Shown: piece by piece, positions 1 to 10,788 of the stretch
Position numbering within the stretch: the stretch's first letter is position 1
How the letters are laid out: each line of letters begins with the position of its first letter
NCBI GenBank assembly: GCA_003246295.1
Contig: QKAS01000053.1
Span: 46,948 to 110,947, forward strand
Direction: 5' to 3'
Length of the DNA: 64,000 nt
DNA from: Clostridia bacterium
GTDB taxonomy: Bacteria > Bacillota > Clostridia > Lachnospirales > Lachnospiraceae
Made by a program: the position numbers and the translations under genes
Notes under the pieces: model-generated
What the model was told of the DNA's origin: nothing
The model's input: the letters and a program-made list of their open reading frames with translations, nothing else
Databases searched by the model: none

Positions 1-119
1 CATTCCATGGTACCGCTCTGTGCTGTGAACTTTTCAGCTGGTGCTCCACATACTGGACATTTCTCTGGTGCAGAATCTCCTTCGTGAACATAACCACATA
101 CTTGACATACAAATTTCAT
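1..119 (-). CDS. Reverse rubrerythrin / NADH peroxidase, N-terminal rubredoxin-like domain (partial, runs off the window edge)
   Basis: Manual translation from ATG at 119 gives [31 protein letters not shown], with two CxxC motifs. An AAGGAG RBS lies upstream and the gene follows a PerR-like gene. Confidence 0.85.
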   Translation of the reverse strand, partial: MKFVCQVCGYVHEGDSAPEKCPVCGAPAEKFTAQSGTME

Positions 120-179
120 AGTTTTAAATCTCCTTTATTTTTAGTTTTTAATTAGTAATGAGGATAGTAAAAAAATGAG

Positions 180-575
180 TTACGACAGCAGTTCCTGACT
201 TGTGCATTTTGGACAGGTACCGTAAAAATAAGTAACATGACCAGAAATTTTCCCATCAAAACCTGCGCCTGCAATCTCGTTAATGTGAGAAAGTGATTCC
301 ATGTTCAGATCTAATACTGATCCACAGTGTGTACATACAAAATGATAATGTAAAGAAATATCTGCATCAAAATGATCAATGCCATCTCCAACCCTAATGC
401 GTGAAATCTCTCCAATTTCGGAAAGCAGCGTCAGATTTCGGTAAACAGTCCCAAGACTGATATTAGGGAATTCTTCCCTCACATTTGTATATACGACATC
501 TGCGGTAGGGTGATCTTTTCTTGTCATTAAAAAACTTTTAATGGCATCTCTTTGTTTGCTATGCTTTAAAATCAT
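180..575 (-). CDS. perR: Fur-family regulator, PerR-like
   Basis: HPTAD..VY, ISLGTVYRNL, HYHFVC..C and CxxC motifs; adjacent to the rubrerythrin gene. Confidence 0.8.
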   Translation of the reverse strand: MILKHSKQRDAIKSFLMTRKDHPTADVVYTNVREEFPNISLGTVYRNLTLLSEIGEISRIRVGDGIDHFDADISLHYHFVCTHCGSVLDLNMESLSHINEIAGAGFDGKISGHVTYFYGTCPKCTSQELLS

Positions 576-588
576 CTTTTCTCCTCTA

Positions 589-639
589 AATAGTAACGAT
601 TACTGTTATTATAATATACGTGAATGTTAAAAATGTCAA
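589..639 (-). promoter_or_regulatory. perR promoter with putative PerR/Fur box
   Basis: TTGACA on the minus strand at 634-639 with a -10-like TATTAT/TATAAT at about 608-616. Imperfect palindrome AATAGTAA-CGA-TTACTGTT at 589-607. Confidence 0.55.
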
Positions 640-741
640 TATGAATTTTAAAATAAATTATAGTTAAGTTATGGTATAATAATAAAAGAAAAATTGTTTT
701 TCTACAGATATAGTACTTTTTCATAAGAAGGGAGAATTTAT

Positions 742-1917
742 ATGAATGACTTTACATTTTACAGTCCAACTTATTTTGTTTTTGGAAAAAATAAAGAGAG
801 CGAAACAGGGATCTATGTAAAACGCTTTCAAGGGACAAGAGTTTTAATTCATTATGGTGGTGGGTCAGTTATAAAGTCTGGTTTACTTGATCGCGTGAAA
901 AAATCGCTTGATAGTGAAAACATAAGCTATATTGAACTTGGTGGAGTAAAACCAAATCCACGAAGTGGACTTGTGTATGAAGGCATTGAACTATGTCGAA
1001 AAGAAAAGGTAGATTTTATACTTGCAGTAGGGGGTGGAAGTACGATTGATTCTGCCAAGGCGATAGCAGCAGGTGTAGTATATGAAGGCGATTTCTGGGA
1101 CTTTTATCAGGGACTTCCTATTACAAAAGCGCTTCCGGTTGGAACGATTCTTACGATTGCAGCAGCAGGTAGCGAAGGATCGCCGGATTCTGTTATTACA
1201 AAAGAAGAGGGAATGTTCAAAAGAGGTGCATCAGGAGAAGCGATTAGACCGATATTTTCAATTTTAAACCCAGAGCTGACGATGTCTCTTCCAGCATATC
1301 AGACGGCATGTGGTGCAACTGATATTATGGCACATGTGTTTGAAAGATATTTTACGAATACAAAGGATGTTGAAATTACTGACAGAATGTGCGAAGCAGT
1401 TCTTTTAACAATGGTCAAGGAAGTACCAAAAGTAATAACGAATCCTAATGATTATGAAGCAAGAGCAAATATTATGTGGGCAGGTATGGTGGCACATAAT
1501 AATTTATGTGGTGTTGGAAGAGAACAGGATTGGGCAAGCCATGATATAGAGCATGAATTATCTGCTGTTTATGACTGTGCGCACGGAGCAGGGCTGGCAG
1601 TTGTATTTCCAGCATGGATGAAATATGTTTATCACCATGACATTATGAGATTTGCAAAAATTGCAAATAGAGTATGGGGATGTGATATGAATTTTGATAA
1701 TCCAGAAGAGACCGCACTTGAAGGAATTAATAGATTAGAGGGATTTTTAAAATCGATAGGTATGCCACAGAATTTTACAGAGTTAGGAGCATCAGAAAAA
1801 GATATTGAAAGGATGGCAGATACAGCGTGCTATGGTAATGGACGAAGCGGCGAGATTGGTGGATTTATGAAATTGAAAAAAGAGGATGTGGAAAAAATTT
1901 ACCGTCTCATGCTTTGA
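742..1917 (+). CDS. bdh: Iron-containing alcohol dehydrogenase (NADH-dependent butanol dehydrogenase family)
   Basis: YGGGS, AVGGGSTID, GSE and H..EH iron-ligand motifs. Confidence 0.85.
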   Translation: MNDFTFYSPTYFVFGKNKESETGIYVKRFQGTRVLIHYGGGSVIKSGLLDRVKKSLDSENISYIELGGVKPNPRSGLVYEGIELCRKEKVDFILAVGGGSTIDSAKAIAAGVVYEGDFWDFYQGLPITKALPVGTILTIAAAGSEGSPDSVITKEEGMFKRGASGEAIRPIFSILNPELTMSLPAYQTACGATDIMAHVFERYFTNTKDVEITDRMCEAVLLTMVKEVPKVITNPNDYEARANIMWAGMVAHNNLCGVGREQDWASHDIEHELSAVYDCAHGAGLAVVFPAWMKYVYHHDIMRFAKIANRVWGCDMNFDNPEETALEGINRLEGFLKSIGMPQNFTELGASEKDIERMADTACYGNGRSGEIGGFMKLKKEDVEKIYRLML

Positions 1918-1957
1918 CTTCATTAAACTTTTAATATTTTGTAAATAATAAAATCAT

Positions 1958-1994
1958 AAAACTCTCCGAAACAACCTATTTCGGAGAGTTTTTT
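1958..1994 (+). terminator. Intrinsic terminator
   Basis: AAAACTCTCCGAAA / TTTCGGAGAGTTTT stem followed by a T tract. Confidence 0.85.
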
Positions 1995-2119
1995 AATAAA
2001 TATTTTAGAATATTATTCAGCTAACTTTATTCATTCAGGCAGGAAATGTGCTATAATTCATACAATTGAAACTTTTATTTAGAAAATAGATACAAGCATG
2101 TGATCTATCGGAGTGATTT

Positions 2120-3604
2120 ATGAAATTAAAAACAAGATTGTTGGTAACCTTTTTAACGATCATATTATTACCAGTTGTATTAAGTGGCATAGCGTTTGCT
2201 GGAATTGGACTTACATTGATTCGCGCGCAGTCAGATAATCTGGATATGAAAATTGCAGACTATTTTATGTTTTCTGATTCTGCTCAAACGTATAGTAAAG
2301 CAACAGAAGAAATATTTACAAGTCTTCAGCAACAAGCTGATTTAAATGCAGCAAACTTTGAATCGGAACAGTTTTTAGAAGAAGTTGGAAGATCCTTGGA
2401 AGGTAAATCTTCTTATTTACTTGTTAGAAAAAATAGTGATATATATTATACGAATAATCCTAAAGCAGCAGAAAGGATATTTGATATCCTACCTGAATAT
2501 GGAGATGAAACTGAAAATTCAGGAATGGGTTATTTTTATGATGACTTACAAAAACTAGTAAAGCAAATTGATTTTTCTTTTCAGGATGGAAGTCAGGGAA
2601 GTGTTTTTGTAATTACAAAAATCAATAGCATTATATCTAGATCTTTTCTTATGGATATGTTTATAGCAATTGTATTGATTCTTGTATTTACAAGTATTAT
2701 GTTAACGCGATGGATTCATAAAGGTGTGTTCAAACCAATTGAAGAACTGAACCTTGCAATGCAACAGATTGCAGATGGAAATTTTGATTATGTACTCACA
2801 GCAAAATGTGATGGAGAGTTAGAAGAAAATTATAAGAACTATGAAGAGATGCGATTAAGACTGAAAGAATCTGCTGAAGAGAAGATTCAAAATGACAGAA
2901 AAAACAGAGAATTAATTAGTAATATATCGCATGACCTCAAGACACCTATTACAGCAATTAAAGGATATGTTGAAGGAATTATGGATGGTGTAGCAGATAC
3001 ACCTGAAAAGATGGAAAAATATATAAAAACCATCTATAATAAAGCAAATGATATGGATCGTTTAATCAATGAGCTTACAATTTATTCAGGAATTGATTCC
3101 AATAGAATTCCATATAACTTCCATAAAATCAATGTTTCAGATTATTTTGGAGATTGTATTGAAGATGTTGGGCTTGATTTGGAATCCAAGAATATTGAGT
3201 TAAATTACTCAAACCTTGTTACAGCAGATACTATGATTATTGCAGATCCGGAACAGCTTAAGCGTGTCATTAACAATATTGTTGGAAATAGTGTAAAATA
3301 TATGGATAAGAAAAAAGGTATGATTGATATCAGAATCCTTGATGAAATCGATTCTATCCGAGTAGAAATTGAAGACAATGGAAAAGGAATTTCAGCAAAA
3401 GACTTACCAAATATATTTGAACGTTTTTTCAGAACAGATGCCTCAAGGAATTCTTCAAAAGGAGGCAGTGGAATTGGTTTGTCGATTGTTAAGAAAATTA
3501 TTGAAGACCATGGTGGTTACATCTGGGCAACCAGTAGAGAAAATGAAGGAACCTGTTTACATTTTGTAATTAGAAAATACAGAGAGGCTGAGACAAATGA
3601 GTAG
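2120..3604 (+). CDS. HAMP-domain sensor histidine kinase
   Basis: Two TM segments, H-box SHDLKTP, and N, G1 (DNGKGI), F and G2 (GSGIGL) boxes. Confidence 0.9.
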   Translation: MKLKTRLLVTFLTIILLPVVLSGIAFAGIGLTLIRAQSDNLDMKIADYFMFSDSAQTYSKATEEIFTSLQQQADLNAANFESEQFLEEVGRSLEGKSSYLLVRKNSDIYYTNNPKAAERIFDILPEYGDETENSGMGYFYDDLQKLVKQIDFSFQDGSQGSVFVITKINSIISRSFLMDMFIAIVLILVFTSIMLTRWIHKGVFKPIEELNLAMQQIADGNFDYVLTAKCDGELEENYKNYEEMRLRLKESAEEKIQNDRKNRELISNISHDLKTPITAIKGYVEGIMDGVADTPEKMEKYIKTIYNKANDMDRLINELTIYSGIDSNRIPYNFHKINVSDYFGDCIEDVGLDLESKNIELNYSNLVTADTMIIADPEQLKRVINNIVGNSVKYMDKKKGMIDIRILDEIDSIRVEIEDNGKGISAKDLPNIFERFFRTDASRNSSKGGSGIGLSIVKKIIEDHGGYIWATSRENEGTCLHFVIRKYREAETNE

Positions 3605-4286
3605 AATATTAATAATTGAAGATGAAGAAGCAATTGCAGATTTAGAGAAAGACTATTTGGAACTTAGTGAATTTGAAGTAGAAATTGAAAATGCAGGAGA
3701 TACAGGTCTTGCAAGAGCACTGGAAGGAGATTTTGATCTTGTTATTCTTGATTTAATGCTTCCTGGAGCGGATGGCTTTGAAGTCTGCAAAAAAATTAGG
3801 GAAGAAAAGAATATTCCAATTCTAATGGTATCTGCAAAGAAAGATGATATTGATAAAATCAGAGGACTTGGTCTGGGTGCTGACGATTATATGACAAAAC
3901 CTTTTAGTCCAAGTGAACTTGTTGCTAGGGTTAAAGCACATCTTACCAGATATGATAGACTGACAGGTACACACAATAAGGAAAACGATATTGTAGAAAT
4001 ACGTGGAATCAGAATTGATAAGACAGCAAGAAGAGTTTATATTGATGGAGAAGAAAAGAACTTTACAACAAAAGAATTTGATCTTCTTACTTTTCTTGCA
4101 GAAAATCCAAATCATGTTTATACAAAAGAAGAATTATTCAGAGAAATATGGGATATGGACTCTATTGGTGATATTGCTACTGTAACAGTACATATTAAAA
4201 AAATTCGTGAGAAAATTGAATTTGATACTGCAAAACCACAGTATATAGAAACGATTTGGGGAGTTGGTTATCGATTCAAGGTCTGA
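3597..4286 (+). CDS. OmpR-family response regulator
   Basis: Receiver domain (IEDE, DLMLP, KPF) plus winged helix ending WGVGYRF. Confidence 0.92.
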   Translation: MSRILIIEDEEAIADLEKDYLELSEFEVEIENAGDTGLARALEGDFDLVILDLMLPGADGFEVCKKIREEKNIPILMVSAKKDDIDKIRGLGLGADDYMTKPFSPSELVARVKAHLTRYDRLTGTHNKENDIVEIRGIRIDKTARRVYIDGEEKNFTTKEFDLLTFLAENPNHVYTKEELFREIWDMDSIGDIATVTVHIKKIREKIEFDTAKPQYIETIWGVGYRFKV

Positions 4287-4334
4287 TACCTGTTAAAATT
4301 TATAATACTAAAATAAAGATAGCGAGCATTTCAT

Positions 4335-5012
4335 TTGGAAAACACATCTAATTTAAAAATTATTTATGAAGATAGTGATATCATTGTAATACATAAGCCT
4401 TCTGGGTTGGCAACGCAAACTGGAAATGTAGGATCAAAAGATGTAATCAGTGAGTTAAAACGATATCTTTTCCAACAGCAGAGTAAAAAAATGGAACCTT
4501 ATGTCGGTCTGGTTCATAGACTTGATCAGCCGGTTGAGGGACTTCTTGTTGTTGCTAAAAACCCAAAAGCAGCAAAAGAAATGAGTCGCCAGTTATTGGA
4601 TGGAACCTTAAATAAGGATTACTGTGCTCTTGTTTATGGAATCCCAGAAGACGAGGGAACATGGATTAACTGGTTGAAACATGACAAGAAAAATAACAGA
4701 TCTGATGTGATAGTTCAGGAACTCAGAGATGCAAAAAAGGCAGAACTTAATTATAAGGTATTAGAAAAGAAGGACAACTACTGTCGTGTTCAGATTAAAT
4801 TAACCACAGGAAGGCATCATCAGATTAGGGTACAATTTGCTGCAAATGGGCATCCACTTCTCGGGGATAATAAGTATGGCAACCCCGAAAGCAAGGAGCT
4901 CTCTGTAAAATTAAAAATTCCTGCAGTTGCACTCTGTGCAAATAAAATTGCATTTAAACATCCTACATTAAATAAAACGCTTCAGTTTGAAATTGTGCCA
5001 CGACAGTTTTGA
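4335..5012 (+). CDS. RluA/RluD-family pseudouridine synthase
   Basis: KPSGL, HRLD and TGRHHQIR motifs; TTG start. Confidence 0.9.
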   Translation: MENTSNLKIIYEDSDIIVIHKPSGLATQTGNVGSKDVISELKRYLFQQQSKKMEPYVGLVHRLDQPVEGLLVVAKNPKAAKEMSRQLLDGTLNKDYCALVYGIPEDEGTWINWLKHDKKNNRSDVIVQELRDAKKAELNYKVLEKKDNYCRVQIKLTTGRHHQIRVQFAANGHPLLGDNKYGNPESKELSVKLKIPAVALCANKIAFKHPTLNKTLQFEIVPRQF

Positions 5013-5069
5013 TGTTCATTGATATATAAAGAAATTCATGTATTATAAATAAAAGGATAAAGTTGCAGG

Positions 5070-5098
5070 TTGACAAGTCTGATTTATTTGAATACAAT
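5070..5098 (+). promoter_or_regulatory. SigA promoter of the proS leader
   Basis: TTGACA (5070-5075), 17-nt spacer, TACAAT (5093-5098). Confidence 0.7.
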
Positions 5099-5142
5099 CG
5101 TTTTAGTAATAAATGTGTATTTTTATTAAAATACGTGATTAT

Positions 5143-5356
5143 GATGTGGAAAAGGATTAGTATAGATTAAAACCGACACAGAGAAAAAATCAAGTGGTGA
5201 AAGATTTTTACGGAGATAATCAGGAACCTACCTTGGAGTCCTGTATGAAAATACAGCGTTGACAGGCGTTAACTGTAACTTGAGATGGGCATGTTTATGC
5301 CAATTAGGGTGGTACCGCCGAAGCTTTCGGTCCCTTTGGGACAGAAGGCTTTTTTA
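5143..5356 (+). promoter_or_regulatory. T-box riboswitch (Pro)
   Basis: AGTA, AGAGA and GGTGAAA stem-I motifs; GAA-CCU specifier (Pro codon at 5227-5229); T-box AGGGTGGTACCGC at about 5306-5318; terminator with T tract. Confidence 0.9.
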
Positions 5357-5378
5357 TATTTATAAAAGGAGAAAAGAA

Positions 5379-6812
5379 ATGGCAAACGAAAAAAAACTTG
5401 TCGAGGCAATTACTTCTATGGAAGTAGATTTTGCACAATGGTATACGGATGTTGTAAAAAAAGCAGAGCTGATCACTTATTCTAGTGTAAAGGGATGTAT
5501 GATAATCAAGCCAGCAGGATATGCTATATGGGAGTTGATTCAACAGCAACTCGATCAGCGTTTCAAAGAAACAGGTGTTGAAAATGTATACATGCCAATG
5601 TTTATCCCGGAGAGTCTGTTAAATAAAGAAAAGGATCATGTTGAAGGATTTGCCCCAGAAGTTGCGTGGGTAACACATGGAGGACTGAATCCACTTCAGG
5701 AGCGTTTATGTGTCAGACCGACATCAGAAACTTTATTCTGTGATTTCTACAAAAATGATATTCAGTCCTATCGTGACCTTCCAAAAGTTTATAATCAATG
5801 GTGTAGTGTTGTCAGATGGGAAAAAGAAACAAGACCATTTTTAAGATCAAGAGAATTCTTATGGCAGGAAGGACATACAGCACATGCAACTGCAGAAGAT
5901 GCAGAGGATAGAACGATACAGATGTTAAATGTATATGCTGATTTTTGTGAAAATGTACTTGCAATTCCAGTTATTAAAGGACGTAAAACTGAAAAAGAAA
6001 AATTTGCAGGTGCAGAAGCGACCTATACAATTGAAGCATTGATGCATGATGGAAAAGCACTTCAATCAGGAACAAGCCATAATTTTGGTGATGGCTTTGC
6101 AAAAGCATTTGAAATTCAGTTTACGGATAAAGATAATTCTTTAAAACATGTACACCAGACATCATGGGGAATGTCAACCAGAATTATTGGTGCAATTATT
6201 ATGGTGCATGGAGATAATTCAGGGTTAGTTCTTCCGCCAAAAGTTGCGCCTGTGCAGATTATGGTTATTCCAATTCAGCAAAAAAGAGAGGGTGTTCTTG
6301 AGAAGGCAACTGAAGTTAAGAATAGACTTTCTGATTTTCGTGTTAGATTAGATGACTCAGATAAAAGTCCTGGATGGAAATTTTCTGAACAGGAAATGAG
6401 AGGAATACCAATTAGAATTGAACTCGGACCAAAAGACATTGAAGCAGGAAAATGTGTTATGGTTCGCAGAGATACTGGAGAAAAATTAGAAGTATCTCTA
6501 GAAGATGTCGAAGTAAAAGCAAAAGAATTGTTAGAGACAATTCAGGAAGAAATGCTTGAACGGGCAAAAAACCATGTTGCGACACATACATATGAAGCAA
6601 CAGATTTTACTGAATTTGAAAAGACTTTAAATGAGAAACCAGGATTTATCAAAGCTTTATGGTGTGAAGAGCAGGCTTGTGAAGAAGAAATCAAAGAAAA
6701 GACTGGTGCAACAAGCAGATGTATGCCATTTGATCAAGGAAAAATAGAAGGAAAATGCGTTTGCTGCGGCAAACCAGCAAAAAAAATGGTATACTGGGGA
6801 AGAGCATATTAA
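5379..6812 (+). CDS. proS: Proline--tRNA ligase (archaeal/eukaryote type)
   Basis: DFAQWY, RPTSE, WQEGHT, QTSWG motifs and C-terminal GRAY. True start is ATG 5379 after an AAGGAG RBS. Confidence 0.95.
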   Translation: MANEKKLVEAITSMEVDFAQWYTDVVKKAELITYSSVKGCMIIKPAGYAIWELIQQQLDQRFKETGVENVYMPMFIPESLLNKEKDHVEGFAPEVAWVTHGGLNPLQERLCVRPTSETLFCDFYKNDIQSYRDLPKVYNQWCSVVRWEKETRPFLRSREFLWQEGHTAHATAEDAEDRTIQMLNVYADFCENVLAIPVIKGRKTEKEKFAGAEATYTIEALMHDGKALQSGTSHNFGDGFAKAFEIQFTDKDNSLKHVHQTSWGMSTRIIGAIIMVHGDNSGLVLPPKVAPVQIMVIPIQQKREGVLEKATEVKNRLSDFRVRLDDSDKSPGWKFSEQEMRGIPIRIELGPKDIEAGKCVMVRRDTGEKLEVSLEDVEVKAKELLETIQEEMLERAKNHVATHTYEATDFTEFEKTLNEKPGFIKALWCEEQACEEEIKEKTGATSRCMPFDQGKIEGKCVCCGKPAKKMVYWGRAY

Positions 6813-6825
6813 TAATGACTGACAT

Positions 6826-6852
6826 GAAGGCTCTAATTTTATTAGAGCCTTC
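6826..6852 (+). terminator. Stem-loop after proS (weak U tract)
   Basis: GAAGGCTCTAAT / ATTAGAGCCTTC perfect stem. Confidence 0.55.
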
Positions 6853-6885
6853 GTAATAACAAAAAGATTAAGATAGGAGATAAGA

Positions 6886-8079
6886 ATGAATATATTAGTT
6901 ATAAACTGTGGAAGTTCATCACTGAAATACCAGCTGATCCAATCTGATACGGAAGAAGTATTGGCAAAAGGTCTGTGTGAGAGAATAGGAATTGATGGCG
7001 GAATGATGGTTCATCAGGCGGGTCAGGGAGAAAAAATCAAAAAACCACTGGAGATGAAAACCCATACAGTTGCAGTGAAAGAAGTGATTGCAATTCTTAC
7101 GGATTCTGAGATAGGTGTTATTAGTTCTTTGGGGGAAATAGGTGCAGTAGGACATAGAATTGTTCATGGTGGAGAAAAATTCTCACATTCAACAATTTTA
7201 ACAGAAGAAGTTTTACGTGAAATTGAAAGCTGTAATGATCTTGCGCCACTTCATAATCCGGCGAATCTCATCGGAATTCGTTCCTGCCAGGAAATTATGC
7301 CTGAAGTAACAATGGTTGGAGTATTTGATACGGCGTTTCACCAGACTATGCCTAGAAAGGCTTTTCTTTATGGAATCCCATATGAGTATTATGAAAAATA
7401 TAAAGTCAGAAGATACGGATTTCATGGAACAAGTCACGAATTTGTAGCCAGACGTTCCGCTGAAATTGTTGGAAAAGAATTTGAAGCATGCAAGATTATT
7501 GTTTGTCATTTAGGAAATGGCGCAAGTATTTCGGCAGTGAAAAATGGTGAAAGCATTGATACCAGTATGGGAATGACACCATTGGAAGGACTGATCATGG
7601 GGACACGTTCAGGCGATATCGATCCTGCAATCATATCATTTCTCTGTGAAAAAGAGCAGCTAGATGCACAAGCTGTGATTGATATCTTAAACAAGAAGTC
7701 AGGCGTTCTTGGAATTTCGCAGTTTTCAAGTGATTTCCGCGATCTTGCTGAAGCAAGCGCACAGGGCAATGATCTGGCCACTGCTGCACTGGATGCATAT
7801 GCATATAGAGTTGGAAAATATATAGGCTCTTATGCAGCTGCTATGAATGGAGTTGACATCATAGCATTTACAGCAGGCGCAGGAGAAAACAATGCAGAAG
7901 TCAGAACACTGATTGGGCAGTACATAGGATTTCTAGGCACAAATATCAATACAGAGAAGAACAAGACCAGAGGAGAGGAAGTAATTCTATCTGATGAAGG
8001 TTCAAAAGTTGTAACTATGATTGTTCCAACGAATGAAGAACTTGCGATAGCACGTGAAACACTACGTCTTGCTAAATAA
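6886..8079 (+). CDS. ackA: Acetate kinase
   Basis: INCGSSSLK, GHRIVHGG, FDTAFH, HLGNGAS and TNEE motifs. Confidence 0.95.
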   Translation: MNILVINCGSSSLKYQLIQSDTEEVLAKGLCERIGIDGGMMVHQAGQGEKIKKPLEMKTHTVAVKEVIAILTDSEIGVISSLGEIGAVGHRIVHGGEKFSHSTILTEEVLREIESCNDLAPLHNPANLIGIRSCQEIMPEVTMVGVFDTAFHQTMPRKAFLYGIPYEYYEKYKVRRYGFHGTSHEFVARRSAEIVGKEFEACKIIVCHLGNGASISAVKNGESIDTSMGMTPLEGLIMGTRSGDIDPAIISFLCEKEQLDAQAVIDILNKKSGVLGISQFSSDFRDLAEASAQGNDLATAALDAYAYRVGKYIGSYAAAMNGVDIIAFTAGAGENNAEVRTLIGQYIGFLGTNINTEKNKTRGEEVILSDEGSKVVTMIVPTNEELAIARETLRLAK

Positions 8080-8123
8080 TTATTTTGCAAAGTTTAATAT
8101 CTGATGAGGGAATGAGAATATTT

Positions 8124-9458
8124 ATGAAGATCAGTCTACCGGAAAAAGTGAATAAAATTATAGAAACCCTGAATGATGCAGGGTTCGAAGCGTTTGCCGT
8201 CGGAGGCTGTATCAGAGATTCTTTACTTGGAAGAGAACCTGAAGACTGGGATATTACGACATCTGCGAGCCCTCAAGAGGTGAAAGAATTATTTCCCAGA
8301 ACTGTAGATACTGGTATTTTACATGGTACAGTTACGGTAATGATTGGAAAAGAAGCATTTGAGGTCACTACATATAGAATTGATGGGGAATATGAAAATT
8401 CCCGCCATCCCAAGTCAGTCATTTTTACAGATAATCTTGTTGAAGACTTAAAACGCAGAGATTTTACAATCAATGCAATGGCATATAATGAACAAACCGG
8501 ATTAGTTGATGTTTTTGAAGGTGTTCATGATCTTACACATAAATTAATAAGGTGTGTTGGGAATGCAAGAGAAAGATTTAGTGAGGATGCACTTAGAATA
8601 CTTCGCGCAATCCGATTTTCAGCACAGCTTGGTTATGATATTGAAGAAGGTACACAGGATGCTATAAAAGCACAAGCGATTGATTTGTCAAAGATCAGTG
8701 CAGAAAGAATTAGGACTGAACTGATTAAACTGATTATCTCAGAGCATCCTGAAAAGCTAATGGTAGCTTATGATGCCCATGTTACTGCAACGATTCTGCC
8801 TGAGTTTGATAAAATGATGAAAACACCTCAGAACAATCCGCATCATAGATATAATGTTGGAGAACATACCATCAAAGCAATCTGTTATTGTGAGCCAGAT
8901 AAAATACTCAGGCTAGCACTGCTTTTTCATGACATTGGAAAAATTGAATGCAGAACAACTGACATAGATAAAATAGATCATTTTTATCACCATGCTTCCC
9001 ATAGTTATGAAATAACAAAAGGAATTATGAAGAGGCTGAAGTTTGACAATGAAACAATGCGATTCGTACTCAAACTTGTAAAATATCATGATATTAATAT
9101 TGGTCAGAGCTCTGCTGATGTTCGAAAGGCTATTTATGAAGTAGGAGAAGATATTTTTCCGCTTCTTTTAAAAGTAAAAGAAGCTGATATGATGGCTCAG
9201 AGTGAATTAAGAAGAAAACAAAAAGAAGAGATACTCAGGAATATAAAAAAAACATATCATCAGATATTAGAACGTCAGGACTGTATTTCGCTTAAAACAC
9301 TTGCAGTTTCTGGTGCAGATTTAATTCAGGCAGGTAGGAAGCCGGGGAAAGAAATTGGGGTATTATTAGAAACGATTCTTAAATTGGTCTTAGAACATCC
9401 TGACTGGAATCAGAAAGAATACCTGTTGAACATGATTGCACAGGAGGAGATTCATTGA
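8124..9458 (+). CDS. cca: CCA tRNA nucleotidyltransferase with HD domain
   Basis: VGGCIRD..DWD, RRDFTINA, EDALRILRA and FHDIGK motifs. Start could be 8112 or 8124. Confidence 0.88.
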   Translation: MKISLPEKVNKIIETLNDAGFEAFAVGGCIRDSLLGREPEDWDITTSASPQEVKELFPRTVDTGILHGTVTVMIGKEAFEVTTYRIDGEYENSRHPKSVIFTDNLVEDLKRRDFTINAMAYNEQTGLVDVFEGVHDLTHKLIRCVGNARERFSEDALRILRAIRFSAQLGYDIEEGTQDAIKAQAIDLSKISAERIRTELIKLIISEHPEKLMVAYDAHVTATILPEFDKMMKTPQNNPHHRYNVGEHTIKAICYCEPDKILRLALLFHDIGKIECRTTDIDKIDHFYHHASHSYEITKGIMKRLKFDNETMRFVLKLVKYHDINIGQSSADVRKAIYEVGEDIFPLLLKVKEADMMAQSELRRKQKEEILRNIKKTYHQILERQDCISLKTLAVSGADLIQAGRKPGKEIGVLLETILKLVLEHPDWNQKEYLLNMIAQEEIH

Positions 9459-10777
9459 AAAAAATAATTCTGTTTATTTTATTGACATTGATGAGTCTGC
9501 TTTTTAGTGCTTGCAGTTTTACAGATAATAAAAAAGAAATTCAGTTTTCGGATTCGCAAACATCCAAGGAAACAGGATATAATAGAGAGGCAGCAGGGTT
9601 TTACGATTCTGCTGATACTTCAGTTATTATTTCTATTGTTCCAGAAGAAAAGAAAATAACGTTTCATAATTTTAAGATTGGTAAGAATTATACACTTAAG
9701 TATGATGGCGCAACAGTGATTTCTGATAAGTATGGAACAGGTATGGCCATGACACAGGTATCTCCAGGTGACATCGTCGATATAACATTCTATAAACTGG
9801 CAAAACGACTAAACACAATGGCGTTATCGAGTCAGTCCTGGGATTTTTCTAATGTTAGAAAATTTGAAATTTCATCAAACCAAAGAAAATTTTATATTGC
9901 TGAGGAAGAATATGCGCTGCATGAAAATGTCGTTGTTATTTCAGATAACCAACAGGGAGAATTAACAGATTTAAACCAGTGTGATATTCTTTCAGTCAGA
10001 GGAATTGATCATGAAATAATGAGCATAAATGTTGAAAAAGGACATGGTTATTTAAGGCTTACAAATGAAGAATATTTTGTCGGTGGTTGGATTGAAGTAG
10101 GTCAGGAACTAATACAGCCAATTACAGATGATATGCTTTTAGTGGTTCCAGAAGGAACCTATCAGGTTCTGTTAACAAATACTGGAATAGAAACAACACG
10201 TGAGATTACAATTGAGAGAAATGGTGAAATAGAACTTGATGTAGGAGATGTTACACCGGCTGAAAAAAAATTTGGACAAATTTTATTTAGTGTTAGCCCG
10301 ACAGATGCTCAGATTTACTTAGATGGGACCTTAACTGATGCAAAAAAACCGGTATCACTAGAGTATGGAATTCACCAGATGATTGCAAAAGCGGAAGGAT
10401 ATGAAACTTTATCACAATATATTAAGGTTGGTCAGGAGTATGCCAATATTAATATTGAAATGGAGACTTCAAAAGAAGATCAAGAGGTAGATACAGAGAA
10501 TTCTGCGTCAGTTTCAGCAAATACAGTCACATCAAACAATACAGTACTTTCGTCAACGAATCAGACATCAAAAATTTTCATTGAAGCTCCAGAAGGTGCT
10601 GAGGTATATCTGGATACGAATTATGTTGGAATTGTTCCGATCAGTTTTGATAAAACTGCAGGAACACACGTTATAACGCTAAGAAAGAGTGGATTTGTTA
10701 CAAAGAGTTATACAATTCAGGTAGATAGTACGAAAAAGGACATTACTTATTCTTTTTCAAATCTGAACAGTGAATAG
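9455..10777 (+). CDS. PEGA-domain lipoprotein
   Basis: Signal peptide with lipobox FSAC; PEGA-like repeats (PTDAQIYLDG, PEGAEVYLD). Confidence 0.75.
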   Translation: MKKIILFILLTLMSLLFSACSFTDNKKEIQFSDSQTSKETGYNREAAGFYDSADTSVIISIVPEEKKITFHNFKIGKNYTLKYDGATVISDKYGTGMAMTQVSPGDIVDITFYKLAKRLNTMALSSQSWDFSNVRKFEISSNQRKFYIAEEEYALHENVVVISDNQQGELTDLNQCDILSVRGIDHEIMSINVEKGHGYLRLTNEEYFVGGWIEVGQELIQPITDDMLLVVPEGTYQVLLTNTGIETTREITIERNGEIELDVGDVTPAEKKFGQILFSVSPTDAQIYLDGTLTDAKKPVSLEYGIHQMIAKAEGYETLSQYIKVGQEYANINIEMETSKEDQEVDTENSASVSANTVTSNNTVLSSTNQTSKIFIEAPEGAEVYLDTNYVGIVPISFDKTAGTHVITLRKSGFVTKSYTIQVDSTKKDITYSFSNLNSE

Positions 10778-10788
10778 AAAGAGGTACC

